Origin: an uncultured virus (IMG/VR IMGVR_UViG_3300046665_000305)
Lineage: Duplodnaviria; Heunggongvirae; Uroviricota; Caudoviricetes
Length of the DNA: 57,575 nucleotides
Virus record (IMG/VR): IMGVR_UViG_3300046665_000305
Location: 62,001-119,575 of that record
Direction: 5' to 3' (one strand)
This document shows, piece after piece, positions 42,732 to 53,400 of the stretch. Each line of letters opens with the position of its first letter. Within the stretch, counting starts at the first letter, position 1. The notes under the pieces are model-generated. The model was given only the letters and a program-made list of their open reading frames with translations, was not told where the DNA came from and ran no database searches. Position numbers and translations under genes: made by a program.

Positions 42732-43550
42732 CAAAGGAAATACGGAAATGGCAACGCCTTCTCACATTGTGGAAATTCATCTTCCTGAAACGCACGGAGG
42801 CGGAATGAAGACACAATTCATTTACGGCGGATTGGAAAACGCAAAGTCGTTTATCCGTTCCAAGCTTTCGCTTTCGGAAGATGTAGCGCTTAAGCACAAG
42901 CATATTTACCACGTGCTCGTTTATGGCGGCCATCCTCATGAATTCGTTTACAGTGCAGCCGGTTAAGCCTTTAAATTTGGCGCTCAATGGAGCGCCATTC
43001 TTAAACGCTTGAAAGAGGAAAGCGCTATGTGTGACACTCTCATTAAAAACGAAATCAGCGACATTGTAAGCCGTCTGCGCTGGCAGGAAAGCCGAGATGG
43101 TACGGTTTGCCATGAAACGCGTTACAACGCGATGTGCAAGGCTCTAGGCCTTCTTAATCGCGTATCGGTTCCGGCAAGCTTTACCAGAACGCGCCGCGCG
43201 CTTTTCAGTGTCATGAATGAAGCCAAAAATAATTTGGCTGGCATGTAAGAAAACGTTTGCAAGTCGCTTAGAATCGTGACATTGTGAATTATCGAAACAA
43301 GAGGAAACGGAAATGCGGCCTTACAAAATGACTGAGAATCGCGGTTTGCAGCCCGACATGTCGGCAGTGCTTTATGTGAAGCGCGACACTATGACAGACC
43401 TTTGGCGTTTGGCTTGGATGACTCCAAACTCTGATTCCTACTGCTATGCAGAAGGCGAATGCAGCGCAAAGCTTTTCAAGCGTCGTTATGAAGCCGTTGC
43501 CTATGGCAAAAAGGCATATGGCGAAACTGCAAAAAATTGGAAGTAAGCTA

Positions 43551-43593
43551 TTGACCATGTAAGGAAAAGCGTTTAAGTTCCTTACATGGTCAA
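43551..43593 (+). promoter_or_regulatory. palindromic promoter cassette, copy 2
   Basis: identical to copy 1. Confidence 0.85.
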
Positions 43594-44370
43594 CAAGGGA
43601 ATACGGAAATGGCTCGCAAGATTAAAAACGACAAAATCGAAATTGGCGATTATGTCATGATCGTAAAAGGCGTTGATAATGGTTGGCCAAAAAATGAAGG
43701 TTGGGTAGGCATTCTTGACAACGAATTTGTTAAGGATGGAATTACTCAATATGCCGTCGTTTCTGAGAACTACGAAAACGACGACATTTTCTATTATGCA
43801 GCGGAAATTAAATTGTTCCAAAAGGCTTAAGGAGCTAGGGCAATGGCAAAGTATTTTACCGTAATGCAAGGCTTGCGTGGCTGTTACATGCCAGATAGCG
43901 TTAATGTTATCAAGTGCGACACAAGGCGCGAATTGAAAAACGCGATTGAATGGGAAGCGCGCGATATTCGTGAGGCTGGATTCATTGGCGCAAACAAGAA
44001 AGGCGTTGCTGCGCTTGCCGCTCATATGTGGCGCGAGGCAAAGAAGGAAAAACCGTCTTTCTATCCTAATGTTCTGCCCTATGGAACAAAGGGAAACTAT
44101 CACTCCGCAATTCATGTTTCCGTGGCAACACGGCGCGAATATCTGGAACAACAAAACGACTAAACCGCAACATTGCCGCTCCAATGGTGGAACGGCGATA
44201 GCTCTACAACAAAGGAGTTAAGAGCATGTCGCAGAACAAAATGAACAAGAAGGCAATTCAGGACGCGCGCCGGAACAAGACAGCTAGACGCAACGTTTTC
44301 GCCTTTGTCGCGGCTGATAAGCGGGAAGGCGTTGAAAAGCGCTATTATTAAAAATTCCGCTTTATGCCTA

Positions 44371-44413
44371 TTGACCATGTAAGGAAAAGATTCTATCTTC
44401 CTTACATGGTCAA
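44371..44413 (+). promoter_or_regulatory. palindromic promoter cassette, copy 3
   Basis: same 16-bp arms, variant spacer. Confidence 0.85.
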
Positions 44414-44797
44414 CCGCATTAAAGGGAATACGGAAATGGAACGCAAATTTTTCTGCAACTATTTGGGCGGTCGTGAATATACCTTTGCCGAAGCTAAGGC
44501 CGAATCTGGCGAGCTTGCGCTGCAAATTCATGACCTATGTTGCTGGCCTATCGAAGCTGGAAAGCTTCGCAAGGAAAAGAATGATCTTGACCATGGAATC
44601 GTGACTCATATGGTTACGCTCCTTTCTGAGCAAATGCAGGAATGCGGCAAATACACGAAAGAGGAATGCGCCGCAAATTGGACTTGGTTCATGGCAAAGA
44701 ACATTGAAGGCAAAGACAATTTGCCGCTCCTTAAGGCATTCCGTGAAAGCCTGAAAAATCGCGAAATTCAGCCTTGCATTTAATTTTAAAAAACCGC

Positions 44798-44840
44798 TTG
44801 ACCATGTAAGGAAAAGAATTTAAGTTCCTTACATGGTCAA
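44798..44840 (+). promoter_or_regulatory. palindromic promoter cassette, copy 4
   Basis: same 16-bp arms, variant spacer. Confidence 0.85.
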
Positions 44841-45197
44841 CAAAGGAAATACGGAAATGGCACATATCTTTACCGCTCCAAAAGGTCAGAAAATCACTCT
44901 TGACGATATCGCTGAAAAGCGTCCTAACGCCAAGTTTCTTGACAAGGCCATTGTTTTCCATCGTGGCGCATATTTCATCGCAGAATTCATCTGCACTCAG
45001 TCTCATGATTATTCGTGGGCCATTCGCCACGAATATGGCTTTAAGAGCGCTTTTGAAGCTCTTATTGAGTGTGAAGGCGTTACCATGACAAATGGGACTT
45101 GGCTTAGGGCAAATCACTGCATCGCAGTCTATTAAGCCTTTATATTGACGCCTTGCCAGCAAGGCGTTTAATAAATGCTTACAAAGGAGTTTTGAGC

Positions 45198-45785
45198 ATG
45201 GTTATGTCTTATGCAACGGCTTATGCGAATTTCGCGATGATAGCGGCTGAAATTCCATCCGACGATGAAATTATGCTGCGCGAAGAATGGAACAACTATA
45301 CCGATATGCTTTGCAAGGAAGGCGACATGACAGACCTTCAATATCATCATTGCCCTGCCTATGATGAAAACTGTGATATGAACGATGAGGAAACGCTTGA
45401 TTTCATCTTGGAATCAATGGGATTCACGTTCTCGCATGGCCCGTTGCGTTCCAAGCGCAGCGATGATAACATGTCGGATATGCCGCGCCATTTCCTTTGC
45501 TGCATATCGCGGAATTCCCGCTCTCATGAGTTTTGGTTTTCGCAAGGCGCGGGCCATACGGAATCACCAACTCTTACTGACACGCTTTCATGCCTCATTA
45601 TGGACGCGTCTAACGCGGATGAAAGCTTTGAGTCATGGTGCGAAGAATATGGCTATGACGACGATAGCCGCAAGGCGGAACGGATTTACAACGCGGTAAA
45701 GGAAACGCGCGCCGCTCTTTTCACACTCATGAGCAAATCGGAAATGGACGATTTGCAAGAACACTTTTCGGAATGCGGTCTTTGA
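45198..45785 (+). CDS. acidic conserved phage protein (FESWCEEYGYDDDSRKAERIY motif)
   Basis: AAGGAG RBS, 195 aa. Confidence 0.75.
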   Translation: MVMSYATAYANFAMIAAEIPSDDEIMLREEWNNYTDMLCKEGDMTDLQYHHCPAYDENCDMNDEETLDFILESMGFTFSHGPLRSKRSDDNMSDMPRHFLCCISRNSRSHEFWFSQGAGHTESPTLTDTLSCLIMDASNADESFESWCEEYGYDDDSRKAERIYNAVKETRAALFTLMSKSEMDDLQEHFSECGL

Positions 45786-46870
45786 TGCATGGAAAAGCTA
45801 ATCCTTGTTCTCATCCTCAATTCACCCGATCAAACCGCGACTCTGTCGCGGTTTGACATTGGCCCGCAAGACTCCTGCTTTGCCATGGCTGAGAAGGTCA
45901 ACAATAGCCCCTCCAATAGAATCGTCTATTCAGATGAACTAGACGACGTTAAGGAGCGTTTCGCGTTCTGTGAATACGCTAACGGGCAAAGAATCGCCAT
46001 TCCCGCAACGAAACCGAAAAGGAGCTAGAATCGGCTTGTTCGCACTATATGGATTCATTGGTTCATGTCTTATTCTTTACGTGATTTGGCCGCTATAGCA
46101 GCCCTAGGAACGGCTTAACCGGCTTAACCGGTATTGCCCTAGCCAAAACACTGAATCGCGTTCTGTGAAGCTCTAAAAGGCTTTGCAGGACGCTCGATTA
46201 TTTTTGAGATTTTTAAAGATTCCGCTTGCCAAGATGTAAGGAAATGTTATTGTGTAGATATCGAAACAAGAGGAAATGCAAATGTCTGAATTCACGAAAT
46301 ACATCAATGAAGCTCGCGCAAAAGGCGATTTAGCTACGGCGCGCCGGATCAAAATGGAACGTGCTATTTGTAGCGCTCTTGTCAAAGCTGCGCTGGAACG
46401 CGGCCTAGTTTGCAGCGTTTACGATGGCGGCGCATGGCCGGTCAAAAAATCGGCCAAATATTCCGAAATCATGAACGCTCTTTTCACAACCGATTCCGAT
46501 GTGTTGCAACTCCGCAATGCGGAAGGCGTTTCTATGGGCCGCTTTGACCTGATCTACGGTAACGATGGCTATGACGTGGTTGCTGATTATACCGTGACTG
46601 AGACCACGGAATCGCTCTGGCAAGAGGTTATAAACCCCCTTTCTGAGAAGCTAGAACGGCAGGGTTAGCAGCCCCGCTAGGCCATGCTCCATATGGGCCA
46701 TGGCCTAGCCTACCTAGTGCATGGTATGGCATGCATATATGCATATATGATATGCACTATGTATCATATATGAATATATAATAGATTGAATAGATGTAAG
46801 ATAATGTATTGCGTTATCTTACATTGTTCTATATAGTCTATTCATACACAACACATAAGGAGTAAGGCGC

Positions 46871-47044
46871 ATGCGTAAACAGATTGGTTATTTCTTCTCC
46901 GATATCAGCAACTGCTTTGCTACTGCTATGGCTTGCGGGCTGGCATACATGATGACTACTGATCACGTTGCGCCTTACATCATACGTGAACTAGCTAAGC
47001 TAGCAGCGCATGCCGCATACACTGCAATCATTAATATGTTCTAA
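46871..47044 (+). CDS. small hydrophobic protein (57 aa)
   Basis: AAGGAG RBS, MRKQIGYFFSDISNCF... Confidence 0.5.
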   Translation: MRKQIGYFFSDISNCFATAMACGLAYMMTTDHVAPYIIRELAKLAAHAAYTAIINMF

Positions 47045-47103
47045 TACATGGTGCATGCATAGGCGCATGGCCTAGCAGGCTAGGGATAGAAAGGGAAACG
47101 ATT

Positions 47104-47298
47104 ATGATTAAGTTGCTTACTCTCTTCGTGCTAGTGCACAACACTGCAACCGATGTTGATTCGTTGCATGTGTATGGTCAATACACATATGAGCAATGCA
47201 TAATGAAAGAGAATGAAATAAATAAAAAGGATTCTGAATTAAATAAATCATTAAAACAATTTAAACTTGAGCTTGTCGAGACGAGATGCGATGATTAG
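47104..47298 (+). CDS. hypothetical protein
   Basis: 64-aa ORF with RBS. Confidence 0.5.
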   Translation: MIKLLTLFVLVHNTATDVDSLHVYGQYTYEQCIMKENEINKKDSELNKSLKQFKLELVETRCDD

Positions 47299-47586
47299 AG
47301 TCGATTGTTGTTGACTCTAATCTATTATTGATTTAAAATCGAGAGGGACCCAAGGCGGGTATACCCCTACCCCCTCGAATCCGGCCCAACAGGCGTCAAA
47401 AATATACAACCCAACTTGTACCCCCCCCCCGGCCCAAGGATACCCTTACCCTCAAAAAAATTTTGCACTACAAGTTAGTGTTCAAAAATTTCAACACCTT
47501 ACCATTTTAATTTTTGGATCAAAATTTAAATCTTGACATTTCGTTAATTATATGAGATGATAAATGAAATAAATGGGAACAGAAAC

Positions 47587-48324
47587 ATGATTAAAATTGC
47601 ATTAATTGCGGCGACTGCTATTATTGGTCTTTCGAGCTTCACTTACTTCAATAGTGCCCCTAAATCACCAGATTATGATCAAATGATGGCCTCTGTGGTG
47701 AAAATTGAGGCTCTTAATGATAAAAATAATGAAATCGGCCACGGAAGCGGCGTTTTTATCGAAAATGGGCTAATTTTATCGGTAAATCACGTTTTTGCAG
47801 GCGAAAATGGGGCAAAATCCCCCAAATTCATCGCAAAAACAGAAGATGGAACGATTTTAGACCTCAAAATCGTTAAATTAATCCCCGAAAAGGACATGGC
47901 CTTCCTCGAACCAGTGAATAACAAGACCAATCTACAAAAATCAAAGCTGTCTTGCAAGCCCGTTAAATTAGGCCAAGACATTATCTCGATGGGCAATCCA
48001 ACCATCTTAGAGTTCATCACAACATTTGGCAAGGTTGCTGGCCATAAAGTTTCAAGTGAATTTACTAGTTACGATATTATCCCTACCGATCTAACAGTTG
48101 CCCCCGGCATGAGTGGCGGTCCAGTCTTCAATGTAGACGGTGAAGTGATCGGCCTGAACGATGCAATTCTTAACGGCCCTGCTGGTTATGCCCTTGCCCC
48201 CAATGATCCAGACGACCCTAGCAAAGGTGTTGAACCTCGTCAAATGAGTTCATATACCGGCATTTCAATGCTTATCCCCGGCGATGATATCTGCGAAGAA
48301 ATGGCAAAACTCGATATTTCTTGA
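47587..48324 (+). CDS. trypsin-like (S1C/HtrA-type) serine protease with N-terminal signal or anchor, no PDZ domain
   Basis: GSGVFI, NHV (His), DMAFL (Asp), PGMSGGP (Ser). Confidence 0.9.
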   Translation: MIKIALIAATAIIGLSSFTYFNSAPKSPDYDQMMASVVKIEALNDKNNEIGHGSGVFIENGLILSVNHVFAGENGAKSPKFIAKTEDGTILDLKIVKLIPEKDMAFLEPVNNKTNLQKSKLSCKPVKLGQDIISMGNPTILEFITTFGKVAGHKVSSEFTSYDIIPTDLTVAPGMSGGPVFNVDGEVIGLNDAILNGPAGYALAPNDPDDPSKGVEPRQMSSYTGISMLIPGDDICEEMAKLDIS

Positions 48325-48377
48325 CTTTTTAAAAATTTAATGCTAATATACCCTCAAAATTGGGATTTTGGGGGTAT
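48321..48377 (+). promoter_or_regulatory. structural-region promoter TTGACTTTYTAAAA..ATGYTA plus leader hairpin (also at 49589, 55515, 57239)
   Basis: four similar copies, each upstream of a gene in the tail module. Confidence 0.75.
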
Positions 48378-48386
48378 TTTTGTATC

Positions 48387-49562
48387 ATGGCACTAGGTAA
48401 AAGTAAGAAAAGAGCAATTGTAGGCTCTGGCGCAACACTTGTGCCGGGGCTTTATAATTTTTCTTCGACGCAGTTTCGCAAAACACGTGATGCATTGGCT
48501 CGCGTCACGAGCGGAACGGGGCGCGGTAAGATCGTTTGCATCGGAGACAGTACCACTTTTGGTGAAGGTTCCGGCTCAGGCGGAAGTCGCGTTGGCTGCA
48601 TGCCCAAAGGTTGGCCCGCTAAACTTGCGGCTTCTTTTACCGCGATTGGAGTTCCAGCCGTTAATGAAAATAAAATTGGAAGTTCTGGCGTAGGAACCTC
48701 AGTCGTCACCATTGCGGAAAATAGAAACTCGATTAAGCCGGGGTTTAATCCAGCGTCAGCCGGTTGGGTCTTGTCAGGCTCTACCACGGCTGGTGGTTGC
48801 CTCTTTACCAACACAGCTGATACCACCAGTGTTTTTAGTTATACCCCACCAATTTCTGTTTCTAAATTCGAACTGATCGATATTATCATCACGACTGGCG
48901 GCGCGATTGCTTACAACGTTGACGGTGGCTCAGACACAGTTGTTTCTCAAAACGGAACAAATACCTTGAGAAGCACTATTATCGACTGCGGATCGACAGG
49001 CTCACATACCCTCAATATCAAGAGAGATTCAGGTAACGCATTCGTAACAGGTGTTAGAGCTTGGGACGATACGGTAAAAGCTATTGATATTTGGAATATA
49101 GGAAATTGTACGTCGCAGACTTCAGATTGGACTTCGACAGCAAACCCTTGGTCAGCCCTTAACGCATTGACTACTTATTGTTCCGATGCTGATTTAGTTA
49201 TAATTGATTTAACAATTAACAACGCCCTTCTTTCCCCCACAACTTATAACACGACTTATCCGACTCAAATGCAATCCATTATCAACGCGGCGAAAGCTGG
49301 CGGGGCTGATGTACTGCTGATGACTGGTAATCCGTCACGTATTGATACCATTACTGATCAGGTTCAACAACAGTTCAGGGAAGCATTGAGGAAACTCGCC
49401 GCCACCAACAATTTACCTATGGTTGATCAGTACGGCAGATATGTAGATTGGGTCACATTGAACAGTCGTGGTTGGATGTTTAACGCAAATCATCCTATGG
49501 AAGCACAATATACTGATCTTGGAAACTTCCTTGCCACAACCCTGAAGAAGTGGGCCGTGTAA
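48387..49562 (+). CDS. SGNH/GDSL hydrolase (putative virion-associated esterase)
   Basis: CIGDSTT, LTINN and NANHP blocks. Confidence 0.85.
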   Translation: MALGKSKKRAIVGSGATLVPGLYNFSSTQFRKTRDALARVTSGTGRGKIVCIGDSTTFGEGSGSGGSRVGCMPKGWPAKLAASFTAIGVPAVNENKIGSSGVGTSVVTIAENRNSIKPGFNPASAGWVLSGSTTAGGCLFTNTADTTSVFSYTPPISVSKFELIDIIITTGGAIAYNVDGGSDTVVSQNGTNTLRSTIIDCGSTGSHTLNIKRDSGNAFVTGVRAWDDTVKAIDIWNIGNCTSQTSDWTSTANPWSALNALTTYCSDADLVIIDLTINNALLSPTTYNTTYPTQMQSIINAAKAGGADVLLMTGNPSRIDTITDQVQQQFREALRKLAATNNLPMVDQYGRYVDWVTLNSRGWMFNANHPMEAQYTDLGNFLATTLKKWAV

Positions 49563-49652
49563 GCAGTTTTGGACCAAGTAATAAATTCTTGACTTTTTAA
49601 AAATTTAATGTTATATTAATCTCCAAAATACATTATTTTAGGGATTATTATC

Positions 49653-49913
49653 ATGGCCGCTTCTAAGGCTTACACCGTTTCGAATAGTTGGGTTCTTGTA
49701 GCTTTCAATACTACAGAAGTTTTCCTTTTTGCCAATAAGCAGTTCGATCTTGAACTTTTTATTGGCCCTGACACGCCTGCCGACAACACGCAGGATTTCG
49801 TGCAGATCGATGCTGACGACAATTTCAGCGCCTCCTCACTCACTGCCAATACCGATAAAATCTTCATTAGATGTCCCGCCCAAGAAGTTATTGTTAAAGT
49901 CTTGACGGTTTAA
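49653..49913 (+). CDS. small beta-rich protein, probable paralog of 55223-55489
   Basis: MAA...T...W..V...(I/V)(F/Y)IR pattern shared. Confidence 0.7.
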   Translation: MAASKAYTVSNSWVLVAFNTTEVFLFANKQFDLELFIGPDTPADNTQDFVQIDADDNFSASSLTANTDKIFIRCPAQEVIVKVLTV

Positions 49914-49917
49914 TTCC

Positions 49918-50406
49918 ATGTCGATTCGTGGCTCTTCATTAAATAATAGATTACGACGCTCCTTTTTTATCAAGAAAAGTGGGCGTAAAATCCGTTGGTC
50001 TATTGGAAAGGTCCATTTTTACATCGGCAACCCTGAGATTGAAGACGAAGCAAAGAAGCTGGCGCAAAATCCCGGTGGCGGCACAGGCGGCGGTGGAAGT
50101 GATGGCGGCGGGCATCCAGACGATGGCGATAGTGGAGACGGTGGCAGCAATGGCGGTCCCGGTGGTGGAGTAACTTCACCTACCCCTACAGAAGAATTTT
50201 CCCTACTTCTTCTAGATGAATCTTTAAATAATGTTGGTTATTCCGGCGACAGAGAAGCCGATGATGTAGGTATCCACACCCTACAAAATAAATTTTTAAA
50301 TGAATTAAATTCCACAGCCACTATTTCTGGCTACACTTTCATTGTCACGGAAGATGGCTCTAGACGAGTTTCTTTCGCCACACTAGTAGACTTTTTGGAG
50401 CAATAA
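49918..50406 (+). CDS. Gly-rich hypothetical virion protein
   Basis: basic N-terminus and central Gly/Asp linker. Confidence 0.65.
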   Translation: MSIRGSSLNNRLRRSFFIKKSGRKIRWSIGKVHFYIGNPEIEDEAKKLAQNPGGGTGGGGSDGGGHPDDGDSGDGGSNGGPGGGVTSPTPTEEFSLLLLDESLNNVGYSGDREADDVGIHTLQNKFLNELNSTATISGYTFIVTEDGSRRVSFATLVDFLEQ

Positions 50407-50411
50407 TACTT

Positions 50412-53400
50412 ATGGCACGCGTTTCAGTAGAAACTTTACCACCAGCCCCGGTTGACGCTATCGCTACAGGATCATTACTTCTTGTAGATGATAATGGTGT
50501 ACCTTACAAAGTTCAAATCTCCGACATTAACAGCGGCGGCGGAACCGGCGCTAGTTTGCTCGTCAGAACAGATACGACGCCAGTTGTTACAGGTCGTTTG
50601 CTTTCTCCCGGCAATCTTGTCGAAGGCCAGAACGTTTCCCTTTCACTCGATGGCGCTGCGGCTAAAACTGCCGTTACTGATGCCAATGGTGACTTCACTT
50701 ACGATTTCACAGCTTTCGGCACACGCGGTATCGACCACACCCTTAAAGTAACAGCTTCAGCTTTCCTAATTAAAAACGTTACGGGTTGGCATTGGGACCT
50801 CCTTGCCGCCAATACTGTTGCCCCTGTCACAACTGGTTCAGCCATTGTCGGAAGCACTCTAACAGTTAATCCGGGAACTTGGGCCAATAACCCAACGACT
50901 TTCCTATATCGTTGGCTCAGAGGCTCGTACCTTATCCCCGGCGCGAACGCAAGCACTTATACACTTCAAGAAGACGATGACTTTGACAATATTACGGCTC
51001 AAGTTGCAGCTGTTAATACTGCTGGCACATCGGCTTGGGTTAGTGCCAATGCTATCGGACCTATTGCTTATTTAGACACGGCTGTAACCACAGCCCCTTC
51101 ATTATCTGGAACTAACCTTATCGGCTCTGAAATTGCAGTCGTTCCGGGTGTTTACACTAATTTTGCTAAAGAGGCAGCTTGGGAATGGCAAGCTGATGGT
51201 ATTAAAATTAACGACACTAGATCGCCAAAAAGATTTTATGCTCAGACCGTAGCAGCTTTCGGCACACTCCCTCAAGGTCAAAACTATACCAGAGGATTTT
51301 CGACATCTGCATATGGTGGTTCTAACACAAACGCTTCTTCTGTTTCACCTTTCACAACTGAAAGTGATTACTACTACTTGCCCGGTACTACCGCCGCTGG
51401 TCAGAACGATGGGCCGCAGCTTTATTCTGCAACTATTAAAAGCTCAAGCCCTAACTCACAGATGAGCGTTAGAATTTATGCGGCACGAGTCGACTCAGCC
51501 GGCACGGTTCAAGGCTCAGAAGTTCAACTAGTTCACGGCACATTGGGAACCGCAGCTATTCCTGCCACGACAGGTGTGATCACAACCTCTGTGACTGCCG
51601 ATTTAGGCGCGTGGGCCAGTACTGATCTCCTTCGTATAAGACTTGCCATGACAAACATTGGGTCTGGTTCTAATAACTTCACGGTTGATCCCACTGCTGG
51701 CCAGTCCTACATTGATGTTCCTTGGGGCGCTTACACAGGTCTTGCACTTGGTAAAAATAAATTTACGTCTCGCGCCGAACACGCCGGTAAAGCTATTACT
51801 GCCAAAGTTACCTATTCAAACACGAGCTTTACACACAATGTCACGACAGCTGGTATCACTCTAGAAGGCTCTACGGCTCAAACCCTTGCGCCTGCCAATC
51901 TAGTTATTCCGGCCATCACAGCGACTGAGACGCGAGTCGGTGTGGCTCACAACATCACACTTGGTTCGTGGAATCACCAGCCAACCACTTTCGCGATGCA
52001 GGTTCAGTTAGAAGCTACGCTAAATGCTGGCGATTGGGCCAACGTCTCTGGCGCAACCACTTCTATCTATGTTCCCGCCACTGGCGATGTTGGTAAGAGA
52101 ATTCGTGTCGGCGTAACAGCAACAAACGGCATTGGTTCAACCACGGCTTATTCTGCTCCACTAACTGTTTTAGGTCCAGCAACATATTACGATCTAGCCG
52201 GTGGTAATGATGGTTTCGATGGTCAAACTCCTGACACGGCAAAGCAGAATCTAACCGGAACTGGTTCAATCACTTCAAGTGGTTCCGCCCTCCTTAAGCG
52301 TGGTTCGTCTTGGGCCACTGCTCTAGTTGTTGGCGCGAGCCGCACCTATGATGCTTATGGCACTGGTGGTTATCCAACCATTGGCACTGGTGTTACTTTC
52401 GGTATCGACCAATACACAGACGGCACTCAAGGCCTAAGCAATGTTACGATTAAAAACCTGAACATTGCTGGCAACCAGCGCGGCCTTCAGCAGCGTCAGG
52501 GTAGCAACTGGCTCATCGAAGATTGCTTCTTCGATCCTTGCGGCTATGTCGCGAAGAATGAAAACTCACAAGGCTTGTTCTTCCAAAACGGTAACGACAT
52601 TACACTTCGTAGAGTTACACTAGATCGTGTTTGGTCCGATGGTATTTACCTAGATAACACAGATAGAGTAATTCTAGATACGGTTAACACCAAGCCAGTC
52701 TTCTCTCCCGAAGGTGACGCGGTTCAGTTACGTGAAGATCGTTTCACGACTAAAAACCGTGGTTTCATCGCACGCGGCTGTTTCCTCGACATGGCTAGCG
52801 TTAAAACTAGCTCAGGTAAGGGTTGCCTCGTTACGAACATGGCGAGCTATGTCTATAGTCATGACAATAAACTAGACGGTAATAACTTCGTAAAGGGTAC
52901 AGACGAAGGTGACTTCCACGTATTCTGCCGTAATAAATGTACTCATGCCAAAATGAATAGCTACTCATTTGGTTACGGTATTGGTGGTTACGATAACCAA
53001 GGCGGCTCACTGAGTCACGAAATTTACGACAACACTTGGTACGACATTAACAGAGCCCACTCTTATTCTGGTATTTCTGTTTCTGGTTACGTTGGTAAGC
53101 CTTATCGTGCCGATATCGCGGTTCATGACGAATTGATTTGGAAGTGTGCCAACGGCATCAGCATTGACAGACCTACTTCAGGTATTTTCAGAGGTATTGT
53201 GTTCCACAACGTCACAACCACTTTGAGACGTACTGATACTAATGTACCAACTGCTGGTACGATGCAGAGCTTCACTTGGTCCGATCACTTTATCTACAAG
53301 GGCGTAGTTGTTGCTCCTCCTCCGATTGTTACGCGCGCCGTGGTCACTGGAACTCGCGCCGTTGGTCAATCACTTGACGGCACAGATACTGAGTTTGATA

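Larger units (their letters stand above)
42088..46668 (+). other. small early genes (42088-42363, 42369-42674, 42748-42966, 43027-43248, 43313-43546, 43609-43830, 43843-44163, 44436-44783, 44857-45135, 45789-46028, 46276-46668)
   Basis: ORFs preceded by RBS; many have their own promoter. Confidence 0.75.

Noticed and set aside
42689..44840. Palindromic repeats as a CRISPR array
   Set aside because: Intervals are 400-860 bp and contain genes with RBS; the repeats contain -35/-10 elements; no cas genes in the window.
46061..46075. Single GTTC-N7-ATTC LexA-like box
   Set aside because: One mismatch and isolated; expected by chance.
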